Numbered from the stretch's first letter, positions 18,937-29,683 are shown. The stretch: DNA of 62,035 nucleotides from Gloeobacterales cyanobacterium (GCA_038245785.1 JBBRSB010000031.1:1-62035), one strand, 5' to 3'. Numbers and translations are program-made. Notes: generated from the sequence alone by a model not told the origin.

Positions 18937-20292
18937 GTGACTAGAGGAGAAGCCATTTTGAAACCAGGTACGCTTGCACAACAACTTAAGCGATCAGCCG
19001 TTGACTTTGAGGCCTTGCATGGGGATTACCACCCCATGTTAGAGCTGGTCAGAATATTGATCGGGGTGATTCCCAACTGCGATCCGCTGCTTGAAATCTG
19101 GCCGACTGGATTCCGCACCTACGACCTGTTAGTTCCCAACTGCTTGAATCTACCCTTTTCACTGTTTGGGCTCCGAGCCCCGAAAGCGCTCATTGGTCTA
19201 GCGATGTACACTTCTAGCCGGGTAGCAGCTTGTGCCTACTGTTCGGCACACACCTGCTCTTTTGCCTTGCGGCGTGGGGCCACTCCCGCCTCTTTGACCG
19301 GACATCGAGATTTGCGTGAGGAAGTAGTGGTCGCCGTAGCCGAAGGAATGTCGCGGATTCCATCTGACCTCACGGCATCCCAGTGTACAGCCCTTACTGA
19401 ACACTTCTCCCCCGAAGACATGGAATGGAGCGTCCTCTCTGTTGGACTGATGGGATTTCTAAACAAGTGTATGGATGCCCTTGGGGTAGAGCTTGAAGCT
19501 GAGTCTATTGCTGATGTTGGGTCACTACTGACACCGACAGGCTGGACCCCTGGCAAGCACGCTGGAGAGGATGTCAAGATGCCGAATGGACCGATATCGC
19601 CGCAAACAGACAACATCGGAACTTATTTCCGCGTCCTGAGGCAAGTGCCCTCAGCCATCCGACTAGAGCAAAACTGGACTACAGAGGTGCCGGACCAATA
19701 GCCAGAAGTAGGTGTATTTCTAGAAAAACAGACGGGGAACCCGTTTCCGCTACTCAGCCATCTTCGGCACAAGAGGGCCATTCGGGCTTTAACAACCGTT
19801 CTACGAGATAACCTCGACCCAGAGAAGAGCGAGGTTGGTTTAACAGCAAAATGTCTCGCTGCCTTAGTGTATGCAACGGTAGTCGAGGATCAGACTCTAG
19901 CGCAGGAAGCTCGTCTAATTGCACGACGGCTGGCTCCTGGGCTGGACGAAACCACTTTTACTACAATTTTGCAGTTTGCTGCCAAATCTAGTGTGAAGGA
20001 TGTCTCTGCATGTCAACAGACACTTTTAGAACTGTCAGCATTACCTGGTTTGTCTAAACAAGATGCGGCAGCGGTCCTTCTTGCTCGGGCCGCTGCAACC
20101 AGTCCTGCGGAAATTACTCCCATTATTTTGACTGAGGTGTCTCCATTCCTGACCCCAGAAAGCGTTGTTGAACTGATCGTTTGGTTGTCTCTCCAACAAC
20201 TTTTGCATAGGATAGGCTCCTTCTACGCTGTAACCGAGGGATACGGATTACAAAACACAGATACACCCTTTCCCCCTGCCACTGAGGCATGA
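18937..20292 (+). pseudogene. Large AhpD-like protein with one in-frame TAG
   Basis: CAYCSAH motif; ORFs 18937..19701 and 19867..20292 share a frame separated only by TAG 19699-19701. Confidence 0.75.
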
Positions 20293-20326
20293 AAAGCCGA
20301 TATCGCAGACAAACTCCTAGCACGTG

Positions 20327-21271
20327 CTACCACAGCTTCTCCTTAACTCCCTTACCCGCGCTAAATACAGGCACGCTCGTCGCGGAAATCTGCATTTTGT
20401 CCTCCAGAAATTTGAGAAAAACTTTGACTTTCTGAGGTAGGTACTTACGGCTAGGATAGACCGCGTTAATCGGTACAGTTACTGATGACCACTCTGGTAA
20501 AACGTTGATCAATTCCTGACGCTGGATCTTAGGCTGAACCAGAAACTCTTGCATCAGCCCAATTCCTAACCCATCAACCACTGCTTGATAAATCGGTGTG
20601 ATGTCATTGCTCAACAAGCGGGGGCGAAACCGGAAAGTTGCTGTTTCTTGCTGGTCGTTCTGCAATGTCCATCTCAGTTCGTTTTGACTATTCGCCATGC
20701 TCAGCAACGCATGGGTTTTGAGATCAGCGATTTCTTCTGGCTGACCATAAATTTTGAGATACCCAGGAGTGGCAAAGAGTTTCAGTCGACCCACACCCAG
20801 GCGTTTCATCACTAGGGTTGAATCTTCCAGATGCCCTACTCGAATGGCTAAGTCATAGCCGTCTTTGACTAATTCCTTTCGCTCATTCGTAGAATTGAGC
20901 ACTACCCGCAGATTGGGGTAAGCCCGTAGAAATTCTGGCAAATTGGGCGCAAGAATGGACTGAACAAATAGCACAGGTGCTGTCACGCGCAATATACCCT
21001 GCAGATTTCCCTGCAGGCTGGCAATCGCATCATGGGCATCCTGCAACGCATCGAGCATTGGCAGGCAGTTTTCGTAATACACTCTTCCTTCTTCGGTGAG
21101 GGAAACTCGCCGTGTCGTGCGATGCAATAAGCGCACACCTAGCCGCTGTTCCAGCTCGTTAATTTTTAAGCTGACCGTTGATTTAGGCAAACTGAGCAAT
21201 CGCGCGGCTGTGACAAAACCACCCTGTTCTGCCACTTTGAGGAATATTAAAACGGCATTTAGATCTTCCAC
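20327..21271 (-). CDS. LysR-family transcriptional regulator
   Basis: GFVTAARLLSLPKSTVS HTH; DLAIRVG. Confidence 0.93.
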   Translation of the reverse strand: MEDLNAVLIFLKVAEQGGFVTAARLLSLPKSTVSLKINELEQRLGVRLLHRTTRRVSLTEEGRVYYENCLPMLDALQDAHDAIASLQGNLQGILRVTAPVLFVQSILAPNLPEFLRAYPNLRVVLNSTNERKELVKDGYDLAIRVGHLEDSTLVMKRLGVGRLKLFATPGYLKIYGQPEEIADLKTHALLSMANSQNELRWTLQNDQQETATFRFRPRLLSNDITPIYQAVVDGLGIGLMQEFLVQPKIQRQELINVLPEWSSVTVPINAVYPSRKYLPQKVKVFLKFLEDKMQISATSVPVFSAGKGVKEKLW

Positions 21272-21400
21272 TGTATTCTAATACTAGGATCTGGCTATCC
21301 TATCTCTCACATTATCCAAAATGACGAACAATGAATCCAGCAAAACTAGCTTTATCTGACTCCACTGTTTGGTCATACTGAAAGAGTAAACAACAGAGGA

Positions 21401-21769
21401 ATGAAGATGAAACTCAATCACTTAGATCTTCAGGTGTCAGATGTGCAAACAGCACGAGACTTTTTTGAAATGTTTTTCGACTTCCATTGTTCTTATGCTA
21501 GGGCGGAGTTAGCCATTCTTGAGGATGAAGATGGCTTCGCTATGGCAGTCAGCAATTTGAGTAAAGCGTCAGCACCTAAATATCCGGTTGATTTCCACAT
21601 TGGGTTTATATTAGACAGCGTTGAGAAAGTCAAAGACATCTATGATCGCTTAAAGAAAGCAGGTGTCGAAATGAAATATGACCTGCAGGAAGCCGGTCCT
21701 CATCTAACGTTTTTATGCTACGCACCGGATGCTATTCCCGTTCAGGTGTCAGCACCTATTGGATCATAG
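21401..21769 (+). CDS. VOC family protein
   Basis: KLNHLDLQVSDV, FHIGF; divergent from LysR. Confidence 0.85.
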   Translation: MKMKLNHLDLQVSDVQTARDFFEMFFDFHCSYARAELAILEDEDGFAMAVSNLSKASAPKYPVDFHIGFILDSVEKVKDIYDRLKKAGVEMKYDLQEAGPHLTFLCYAPDAIPVQVSAPIGS

Positions 21770-21862
21770 CTATAGAGCTTTCGTCCTACTAACTAATGTT
21801 TGTCTTAGCTAGGGTATCAACCTCTATGTGGATCAACTACACTAATCCTGAAGTGTAAAACT

Positions 21863-21955
21863 ATGGCTATCACACTCAATCACGCTATAGTACCGGCTCA
21901 TGACAAAGTACAGGCAGCTGAGTTTTTTGCTCATATTTTGTACAGTCCTGTATAA
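21863..21955 (+). pseudogene. Truncated VOC N-terminus
   Basis: MAITLNHAIVPAHDKVQAAEFFAHIL then stop. Confidence 0.6.
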
Positions 21956-22176
21956 GACTTGCCTCCCTGGATTTGTAACAACCGAACGGGGCGGGGGGTA
22001 AGAGACAAGAAAATGACGTGTTCGTCGCGGTAATGAAGGTTTCCCTTGTATTCACTTTGAGAGAGATGCTGCCGAGAAGCTAAATGAGCCGCAAGATTTT
22101 GATAGTGGCACAGGAATCAAATAGCTGAGCAAGGGCCGTTTGCCTAAGCTGAAATAGTGATTATGCAGGGGGCTCC

Positions 22177-22665
22177 ATGGTAACTATTAACAACTTGTAC
22201 TTTCCCTTAACACTTTTATCGGCACTAGGATGCGGGCTAGTCGCCGGAGTCTTCTTCGCCTTTTCGACCTTCGTGATGAGCGCCCTTGCTCGACTTCAGC
22301 CAGCACAGGGTATTGCCGCCATGCAATCCATCAATATCACGGTGATCAATCCATGGTTCATGACGGCGTTTCTTGGAACCGCTGTGACTTGTCTCTTTCT
22401 GGGCATCTCCTCGCTGCTAAAGTGGAATCAACCCGGTGCTGCTTACTTGCTCGTCGGCAGTCTGCTCTATATTGTTGGCGCATTTGGCGTGACCATAGTG
22501 TTCAATGTGCCGCTGAACGATGCCCTGGCAACCGTCAAACCAGCCAGCACAGACGGTATGAACCTATGGGCTAGCTACCTTACCAACTGGACATTCTGGA
22601 ACCATATTCGGACAATAGCGGCGCTTGCCGCATCGGTATCAATGATCCTCGCGCTCGGTAATTGA
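22177..22665 (+). CDS. DUF1772 / anthrone-oxygenase-family membrane protein
   Basis: GVFFAFSTFVM, NVPLNDAL, WTFWNHIRT. Confidence 0.88.
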   Translation: MVTINNLYFPLTLLSALGCGLVAGVFFAFSTFVMSALARLQPAQGIAAMQSINITVINPWFMTAFLGTAVTCLFLGISSLLKWNQPGAAYLLVGSLLYIVGAFGVTIVFNVPLNDALATVKPASTDGMNLWASYLTNWTFWNHIRTIAALAASVSMILALGN

Positions 22666-22850
22666 GCAGCGCAATAGGAATGAAGAAGCTTTCCACCTTG
22701 AAACAGTTTAGAAACACTGCCGTTATTTACGAACAATCCAAAATGACTACCGAAAGGCTTATGAAGAAAAGCTCCATGCCCTACTTGAGCATCTAAAAAA
22801 ATGGCATCAGGCTCAATGACCACTTCAAAAGCTCTATGTAGGATAGCTAT

Positions 22851-23282
22851 ATGGAAGAACTCTTAATTACACGCCTGACAACAGATAAATGGGAAAAAGC
22901 ACAGGCTAGCGTTGCGCTGTTTTGGGATACGAAGCCTAGTCAGGAAATAGTTGTCAAATTTTTGAGTAATGCTCAGAACATTCTGTTATCGGCAGAACTA
23001 GATAATGTTCCGGTCGGTCAAGCCATTGGTTATATTCTTGATCGTTGGGATCGAGATGAACCGATGCTGTTTTTGTATTCAATCGACGTAGTAGAAACCT
23101 ACCAACGCAAAGGAATTGGGACATCCTTGATCAAAGCAGTCAGAGAAATTGGCCAAGTACAGGGCTGCTCTGAATCATTTGTATTCACAAATGATAGTAA
23201 TCTTGCTGCTAAGCAATTGTATCAATCTACGGGCGGTAAGCGCTCAGACCCAGATGATATTGTGATGTTTGAGTATGACTAG
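22851..23282 (+). CDS. GNAT family N-acetyltransferase
   Basis: IDVVETYQRKGIGTSL, NLAAKQLYQSTGG. Confidence 0.88.
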   Translation: MEELLITRLTTDKWEKAQASVALFWDTKPSQEIVVKFLSNAQNILLSAELDNVPVGQAIGYILDRWDRDEPMLFLYSIDVVETYQRKGIGTSLIKAVREIGQVQGCSESFVFTNDSNLAAKQLYQSTGGKRSDPDDIVMFEYD

Positions 23283-23385
23283 AGGTGATCGTAGTCTAAC
23301 CATTTATTAGCAACGTCCCTTAATGAAACGCTCATCGGGTTTAATCGTCTAAGAGATGTAACTTCAATAATGAGATCAATAGATC

Positions 23386-24159
23386 GTGAAACAAAACTAT
23401 AAAAAAATTCTAGCAACGCGCAATTCAAGCCGAAGGCACGTACTCGTACTCCTACGGTCAACAGCAGCAGCATTCCTCGTGGGTTGCATAGGCAGACAGT
23501 CCGCTTTAGGAAAAACGCCTAGTTCGGCCACGCAGACTCCAGACAAAACAGCAAAAATTCCCTCATGCGTAGTGAAACCCCAGCAGACTGAAGGACCTTA
23601 CTTCGTAGACGAGAAGCTCAACCGTTCTGATATCCGCTCAGATCCATCCAATAACTCATTGACAGAGGGCACTGAGTTGCGTTTAGTGATGCGTGTCTCT
23701 CAAATTAGCGGTAGTTCTTGCATGCCCCTATCTGGTGCGACGGTAGACCTTTGGCACTGTGATGCCCTCGGGGTCTATTCCGATGTCCGGGACAGATCTT
23801 TTGATACGAGGGGGAAGAAGTTCCTGCGAGGCTATCAGGTTACAGACAAAAATGGAGTGGTTCAATTCATTACGATCTATCCAGGCTGGTATCAGGGTAG
23901 GACCGTTCACATGCATTTCAAGATCCGCAATGATGTCACGTCTCAGCAGATCTATGAATTTACGTCCCAGCTCTATTTTGATGATTCCTTTACGGATAAA
24001 ATCTTTGCGCAAGCTCCTTATGCCGCTAAGGGAAAACGCACCCTGAGAAATAATCAAGACGGAATCTTTCAAGACGGCGGGAAAGACCTGATACTTCAGG
24101 TAAGCAAAGATAGAAAAGGCTATGTGGGAACGTTCGACATAGGACTTCAGCAGTCTTAA
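23386..24159 (+). CDS. Intradiol ring-cleavage dioxygenase-like protein with Tat/lipoprotein-like leader
   Basis: QTEGPY, WHCDALGVYS, YPGWYQGRTVHMH; SRR...LVGC leader. Confidence 0.85.
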   Translation: MKQNYKKILATRNSSRRHVLVLLRSTAAAFLVGCIGRQSALGKTPSSATQTPDKTAKIPSCVVKPQQTEGPYFVDEKLNRSDIRSDPSNNSLTEGTELRLVMRVSQISGSSCMPLSGATVDLWHCDALGVYSDVRDRSFDTRGKKFLRGYQVTDKNGVVQFITIYPGWYQGRTVHMHFKIRNDVTSQQIYEFTSQLYFDDSFTDKIFAQAPYAAKGKRTLRNNQDGIFQDGGKDLILQVSKDRKGYVGTFDIGLQQS

Positions 24160-24191
24160 TCCGCTAATTATCTTAGAGAACTTGAAAGCCG

Positions 24192-24974
24192 ATGAGTTTG
24201 AGAACAGTAGTTGCTACCAGGTATGTAACCCCATTGCGCGAGGGTGGATCGCTTCCAGCCATCATTGAAGCTGATGATGATGGCATGTATGTGCTTAAGT
24301 TCCGGGGTGCGGGTCAGGGACCGAAAGCGCTCATCGCTGAGTTACTAGCAGGGGAGATCGCCCGCGCATTAGGATTACCGATGCCTGAGATCGTCTTTGT
24401 GGAACTCGACCCCGAACTTGCCCGCACTGAGCCCGACCCAGAGATACAAGATCTAATTAGGGCGAGTGCTGGCCTTAATCTCGCCCTCGACTATCTGCCC
24501 GGTTCTGTGACGTTTGACCCGGTTGCAGAGAAGCCTGATGTGGATCTTGCCTCTTCGATCGTCTGGTTCGATGCCTATGTGACCAATGTCGACCGTACGC
24601 CGCGCAATACGAATATGCTTATGTGGCACAGACGGCTCTGGCTCATCGATCACGGTGCCGCTCTGTACTTCCATCACTCATGGAACAACTACCTCCAGCG
24701 CAGCCGAGACCCTTTCCCGATGATCAAAGACCACGTCCTACTCCAGTTCGCCAGTGCTCTGCAATCAATAGACGCGAAGATGACTGGGCTGGTTACGCCA
24801 GACATTATTGACCGCATCGTTAAACTTATTCCTGACACCTGGCTAGTGGGGGATTCTTTGTTCGCGGAGAGCAACCAACACCGAGATGCTTATAGGGAGT
24901 ACCTGCTCAGTCGGCTAGAGCCACCGCATGTTTTCCTGGAGGAGGCGCTCCGTGCACGATCACTGTACCTATGA
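24192..24974 (+). CDS. HipA-like kinase
   Basis: LREGGSLP, YVLKFRG, NVDRTPRNTN, LIDHG. Confidence 0.85.
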   Translation: MSLRTVVATRYVTPLREGGSLPAIIEADDDGMYVLKFRGAGQGPKALIAELLAGEIARALGLPMPEIVFVELDPELARTEPDPEIQDLIRASAGLNLALDYLPGSVTFDPVAEKPDVDLASSIVWFDAYVTNVDRTPRNTNMLMWHRRLWLIDHGAALYFHHSWNNYLQRSRDPFPMIKDHVLLQFASALQSIDAKMTGLVTPDIIDRIVKLIPDTWLVGDSLFAESNQHRDAYREYLLSRLEPPHVFLEEALRARSLYL

Positions 24975-25398
24975 TTACGCTGTGGTGCGGGTCGTTCCCA
25001 AGGTCGAACGTGGGGAGTTTATTAACGTGGGCATCATAGTTTCCTGCCAGGCTAAAGGATTCCTCAAGGCACGTATTGAACTGGATGAGCAACGGTTGAT
25101 GGCCCTTGATTCGACGCTAGATCTCGAATCAATCCGGACCCACTTGGCAGCCATCGCTGCTATTTGTGCTGGGGGGGAGGATGCTGGGCCGCTAGGTCAC
25201 CTATCCCAGAGACAGCGCTTCCACTGGTTGGTTGCACCCCGAAGTACCATCATTCAAACCTCCCCTGTGCATACGGGTCGTTGTACGAACTTAACGGCTA
25301 TGCTCAATCACCTGCTTGACACAATGGTGCGACCGTCACGTACGAAAGCTGCGGCGACACAAATCGGTTTGCTGGGCCCTTCTGAAGACAGAGCATAG
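24952..25398 (+). CDS. DUF3037-family protein
   Basis: YDYAVVRVVPKVERGEFINVG, RFHWLVAPRSTIIQTS; GGAGG RBS, GTG start overlapping the kinase. Confidence 0.88.
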   Translation: MHDHCTYDYAVVRVVPKVERGEFINVGIIVSCQAKGFLKARIELDEQRLMALDSTLDLESIRTHLAAIAAICAGGEDAGPLGHLSQRQRFHWLVAPRSTIIQTSPVHTGRCTNLTAMLNHLLDTMVRPSRTKAAATQIGLLGPSEDRA

Positions 25399-25399
25399 G

Positions 25400-25417
25400 T
25401 TGTGACCTACCCCGTTA
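25400..25417 (+). repeat. 18-bp direct repeat, copy 1
   Basis: TTGTGACCTACCCCGTTA, 16/18 identical to 26530-26547. Confidence 0.75.
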
Positions 25418-25528
25418 ACTGCATCCTTCTAGACCGGCTATTGGATGCCATGAATACCCCCTTTACCAAATAAAAATCGCTATGACGCAGGCATCGCACC
25501 TGACTAATTTTTTCGGCATTGCGTTAAA

Positions 25529-26413
25529 CTAGCTTAAAATTCTTCTTAACTTACCTTGCATCATTTCTATAGTAGGAATGAGGCGCGATATTTTTTTGGA
25601 AATCGCCCCCGTGCCTAACAGATTGATAGGTCTTTTACCCCTATACGCAGTTCGATCAAGGATATCGAAAAATCGCTCCTTGAACTTATAGTCATAATCA
25701 GCATGCCAAGGCTTCACCTGACCCCAAAAATGAATAATTCCATCATTGAAATCTTCAGAAGCATCATATTTGGATGTATTCCATTTCGTATCTAGATTTA
25801 GCCATTTATCTTCCAAAACGATATTGAGGACATCCTGATCCATATGATCAAGGAGATCGTACTTTTCAATGCCACATTTGATTGCTTGCGAACCGATTTC
25901 GTCCTTCCTCCAAGCATCAAGATCAATTAGTATTACTCCGGAGTTAAAATAAAATGATGGATTTTTTAGGCCCAATGCATCCTTAAAGTGAGCGTGTTGG
26001 ACCTCATTAAATGAGGAGGCATCACAGACACAGCCTGTAGTATGTCCTATCAGATCAGTGTTATAGAGTTCTGTGATGTCTGAACATACGATCAAATCAG
26101 TATCCAGATACAGGCAACGAGAAATATTAGGAAGATATTTGTCAATGTATAGACGAGCATAGGCTACCTTGCTTTTTAGGAAAAGTGTTGCTCGGAAAGG
26201 GGCAACCTTACGCTCATCCAAAGGGACAAATTCTATCGTCCCAGCATTCGGCACTTTCCAAGAATTAAGCAAATCTAGTTGTTCGCTGGGCTTTAAGTTT
26301 ACTGACAAGATATAGACATTACAAGTGGTGCTGCAATGTTCGAGAACAGAGCGAACCGTGACGGCTAATCCCCACAAATTGTTGGAGTCTGTTGCTAAAA
26401 CAAGGTTGGCCAT
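25529..26413 (-). CDS. Glycosyltransferase family 8
   Basis: LYLDTD, YFNSGV, DQDVLN, IIHFWGQVKPW. Confidence 0.92.
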   Translation of the reverse strand: MANLVLATDSNNLWGLAVTVRSVLEHCSTTCNVYILSVNLKPSEQLDLLNSWKVPNAGTIEFVPLDERKVAPFRATLFLKSKVAYARLYIDKYLPNISRCLYLDTDLIVCSDITELYNTDLIGHTTGCVCDASSFNEVQHAHFKDALGLKNPSFYFNSGVILIDLDAWRKDEIGSQAIKCGIEKYDLLDHMDQDVLNIVLEDKWLNLDTKWNTSKYDASEDFNDGIIHFWGQVKPWHADYDYKFKERFFDILDRTAYRGKRPINLLGTGAISKKISRLIPTIEMMQGKLRRILS

Positions 26414-26529
26414 GAAAACTCTCCTTAATTCAGTGGCTAGAGTAATCGTTTGGTAGAACTAGTTAGACAGACGCTTGAAAGTGAGTAAGAACCTATCTAC
26501 TTCTCGCTATTAGAGGAGCAATAGAGGGA

Positions 26530-26547
26530 TTGTGACCTGCCCTGTTA
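26530..26547 (+). repeat. 18-bp direct repeat, copy 2
   Basis: TTGTGACCTGCCCTGTTA. Confidence 0.75.
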
Positions 26548-26591
26548 GTGAGGTCCAATAAATGAATGTTCGAGTTTTGCAGAACCTAGCA

Positions 26592-26673
26592 CATCCAGAC
26601 TATGAAAGACAAACGTCTCTGGACTTAGGTAGTCCAGCACACGGTGCGGACGGACTTTGTCGTAGTCTGGATG
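26592..26673. repeat. Nested inverted repeat (REP/MITE-like)
   Basis: CATCCAGACTA / TAGTCTGGATG enclosing a CTGGACT / AGTCCAG hairpin. Confidence 0.6.
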
Positions 26674-26696
26674 CCGACGAATCACCCTATGATTTC

Positions 26697-28418
26697 TCAG
26701 TAACCGGCAGGAAAACCAAGCTTACGAGGATCGCTTGCCCCGTAAAACTTTCCGTCTTTAACTTGAATTATTTGTACCGCTCCAAGTTCATTGACTGTTT
26801 TAAGCTCATGGCCTCTTTCTTTCAGGCCATCGAGTACATCTTGGGGAAACTCTTTTTCGATGGAGATTTTATTCGGTTTCCATTGATGATGAATCCTTGG
26901 GCTTTCTACCGCAGCGCGTACATCTAGTCCGTAATCCACCACATTCAAAAACGTCTGCAGGGTGGAAGTAATAATCATCGGTCCCCCACTTGCCCCAAGG
27001 ATGAGATAAGGCTTTCCTTGTTTAAAGACAAGGGTTGGAGACATGGACGAGAGAGGCCGTTTTCCAGGAGCAATAGCATTGGCAGCGTTGCCCACTAAAC
27101 CAAAGGCATTAGGCACTCCAGGCTGGGCACTAAAATCATCCATTTCATCATTCAAAAGAATTCCGGTCGAAGGACTCAAAACCTTGCTGCCAAAACTGAG
27201 ATTGATGGTGTTGGTCATCGCTACTACATTGCCCTGGCTATCGGCGACGGATAAGTGACTGGTTCCGTGGTCTATAGCAGCAGCGTTAACCTGACTGAAT
27301 CCACCGTAAGACTCAGGGGCTTTTGTCTTTTGGTCAATGCGCTTGCGCAAATCAGCTGCATAGGCTTTGTTGATGAGCTTTTCGATGGGAACTTGAACAA
27401 AATCTGTATCGCCCATCACCTGGGCTCGGTCACTAAAGCCATGTTTCATCGCCTCTGTAATCAAATGCAAAGAAGCGGAGGAATTTTGACCTAGAGCGCT
27501 GAGGTCATAACCTTCCAAGATATTTAGGATTTCTACAAGCACTGCCCCTCCAGAACTAGGAGGGGGCATAGTGTATAGCTCTAAACCTCGGTATGTGCCC
27601 TGAATCGGTTTGCGGACTTTGGCTTCATAACGGGCTAGGTCTTGCTCGGTCAGGAGCCCGCCTGCTTCCTGAATATCCTTAACCAAGCCTTGAGCCACTT
27701 GCCCTTGATAAAAACCTTCGGGACCTTTTTGGGCAATTAAAGCGAGTGTTTGGCCTAGCTTCGGTTGTTGGAGGAAATCACCTTCGCTCAGCAATTTTCC
27801 CTGAGGAGCGAAGACGGGCAGCATCGTCGGAGCGGCCAGAATCGAATTTTGGCTTGCCTTGAGAAATTGGGAGAGGAGGGGGCCAACGGTCACGCCCTTT
27901 TCTGCTAGACGTTGGGCTGGAGCTACTACCTTCGCCCAGGGCAACTTTCCGTGACGTTGATGCGCTAAATAGAATCCTTTAATCTCTCCAGGGACAGCAA
28001 TGGCTAACCCGCCCGTCTGGGAAAGCTCTGCTACGGCCTTGCCGTTGCGGATAAACATATCCCGACTGGCTTTGGAAGGAGCCGTCTCCCGATAATCAAT
28101 GACTTCTACATTCGGCGTGTTGACTTGCGTTGGTTTCGTCCCATCCCGCACCAACATGAAGCCACCGGCTCCAATGCCAGAAGCAAAGGGCTGCAGGACT
28201 CCCAGGCTTAGAGCAGTAGCAATAGCGGCATCGGTTGCGTTGCCTCCTGCTTTGAGAATGTCTCTACCCACTTCGCTAGCTATTGGGTTATCAGAGGCAA
28301 CCATGCCTTTGGTGGCGACTAAAGGCGGATAGTCATAGGCAAGGGTTGGCGGACAAACAGAGGATAGAAAAGCAAAGCTCCCCCATAGTAGCCAAAGGCC
28401 CTTGGCTCTAGAGCCCAT
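26697..28418 (-). CDS. ggt: Gamma-glutamyltransferase (exported)
   Basis: GGNATDAA, IDYRETAP, TSHLSV nucleophile, LLNDEMDDF, RPLSSM; probable ATG at 28418. Confidence 0.95.
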   Translation of the reverse strand: MGSRAKGLWLLWGSFAFLSSVCPPTLAYDYPPLVATKGMVASDNPIASEVGRDILKAGGNATDAAIATALSLGVLQPFASGIGAGGFMLVRDGTKPTQVNTPNVEVIDYRETAPSKASRDMFIRNGKAVAELSQTGGLAIAVPGEIKGFYLAHQRHGKLPWAKVVAPAQRLAEKGVTVGPLLSQFLKASQNSILAAPTMLPVFAPQGKLLSEGDFLQQPKLGQTLALIAQKGPEGFYQGQVAQGLVKDIQEAGGLLTEQDLARYEAKVRKPIQGTYRGLELYTMPPPSSGGAVLVEILNILEGYDLSALGQNSSASLHLITEAMKHGFSDRAQVMGDTDFVQVPIEKLINKAYAADLRKRIDQKTKAPESYGGFSQVNAAAIDHGTSHLSVADSQGNVVAMTNTINLSFGSKVLSPSTGILLNDEMDDFSAQPGVPNAFGLVGNAANAIAPGKRPLSSMSPTLVFKQGKPYLILGASGGPMIITSTLQTFLNVVDYGLDVRAAVESPRIHHQWKPNKISIEKEFPQDVLDGLKERGHELKTVNELGAVQIIQVKDGKFYGASDPRKLGFPAGY

Positions 28419-28971
28419 CGACGGGGATATCCATGAAGCGGGCAATTGCTGCGGCCTGGTCTTCTACCACAGACAGGGCTGGTGGTTGTCCTACTCCTGA
28501 GAGGCGGATATCATTCTTGCCTTTGACTTTCAAGTAGAGCAGTCTACGGGGGTTTAGTCCTTCTTTGAGAACAACCCGTACTCCCTGAATGGATTTGTAG
28601 GGATATACCAGTTCAATTTCACGGTTTTTTCCAGGAAACCCATTTCGATAAATGGTTACTTTTTGGGTGCGTCGATTAAATTCGTTGTAGCCACTGCCGA
28701 CATTCCAGACAACCGTCAGCCAGTAGTACAGGGCGAACAGGCTTCCGAGAACGCCGTAGAAACCCATGACGATACCCTGGGGGAAAAAGAGGAGCTTCGT
28801 AGCATCCGTGAAGGGGAGCACATTGTTTTTGGTATAGCTAGAAATAGAGGCCAGGAAAAAACCGACCCCTCCAATGGTTAGAGCGGCAGCGGTTAGATAG
28901 GTGCTTAAGCGCCTAGACCCAATCACCTCAAACCGAAGCGCTTGTTCGGTCTCTGTAATTCCCAAAACCAT
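28408..28971 (-). CDS. ycf4: Photosystem I assembly protein Ycf4
   Basis: GSRRLS, FPQGIVMGFYG, WNVGSGYNEF, GFPGKNR, EGLNPRR. Confidence 0.95.
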   Translation of the reverse strand: MVLGITETEQALRFEVIGSRRLSTYLTAAALTIGGVGFFLASISSYTKNNVLPFTDATKLLFFPQGIVMGFYGVLGSLFALYYWLTVVWNVGSGYNEFNRRTQKVTIYRNGFPGKNREIELVYPYKSIQGVRVVLKEGLNPRRLLYLKVKGKNDIRLSGVGQPPALSVVEDQAAAIARFMDIPVDGL

Positions 28972-29068
28972 AGTGTGTTACGAATGACCAACCTGCATCA
29001 TAGTGTGATTTTAGCGCCAAGAGTGGATCTCGTCCGCTAGCAAGGTCTAGATTCTCTTTCTAGAACTC

Positions 29069-29683
29069 CTACAAAACTCCTTTGCTGCTCGGAATAGCCC
29101 CTACCCGTCGCGGATCCATTTCTGTAGCCATGCGCAAAGCACGGGCAAAAGCTTTAAAGGAGGCCTCAATAATATGGTGAGAATTGATCCCTGCCTGTTG
29201 CCGGATATGTAAGGTGATCCCGGCATGGTTGACAAAGGCTTGATAGAACTCCCGGATCAGTTGGGTGTCGTAGGTGCCTACCCGCTGGGTGGGAATATCT
29301 AAGCCATAGACCAAATAAGGTCTGCCGGAAAAGTCCAGCACCACTTCAATCAGAGCTTCATCCAAGGGTGCAGAAAAATGCCCAAAGCGGACCAAGCCTT
29401 TGCGGTCCCCCAAGGCTTGGTTAAAAGCTTGGCCCAGGGTAATGCCCACGTCTTCATTGGTATGGTGGTCATCAATTTCAAGATCTCCCTCAGCCCGAAT
29501 TTCTAAATCAAACAGTCCGTGGGTACTTAGTTGGGCCAGCATATGGTCTAAGAAGGGGATGCCTGTATGAACCCGATGTTCGCCCGTGCCATCTAAGAAC
29601 AAACTGACATTTACATCGGTTTCTCCTGTCTTGCGAGCGGCATGGGCGCGGCGGACGGTGGACGTAGGTTTTAGGGTTTGCAT
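29069..29683 (-). CDS. hisB: Imidazoleglycerol-phosphate dehydratase
   Basis: [11 protein letters not shown] and [12 protein letters not shown]. Confidence 0.97.
   Translation of the reverse strand: MQTLKPTSTVRRAHAARKTGETDVNVSLFLDGTGEHRVHTGIPFLDHMLAQLSTHGLFDLEIRAEGDLEIDDHHTNEDVGITLGQAFNQALGDRKGLVRFGHFSAPLDEALIEVVLDFSGRPYLVYGLDIPTQRVGTYDTQLIREFYQAFVNHAGITLHIRQQAGINSHHIIEASFKAFARALRMATEMDPRRVGAIPSSKGVL

Noticed and set aside
23294..23300. GTCTAAC after a GNAT gene as a fifth attC
   Set aside because: No complementary L'/R' arm found downstream.
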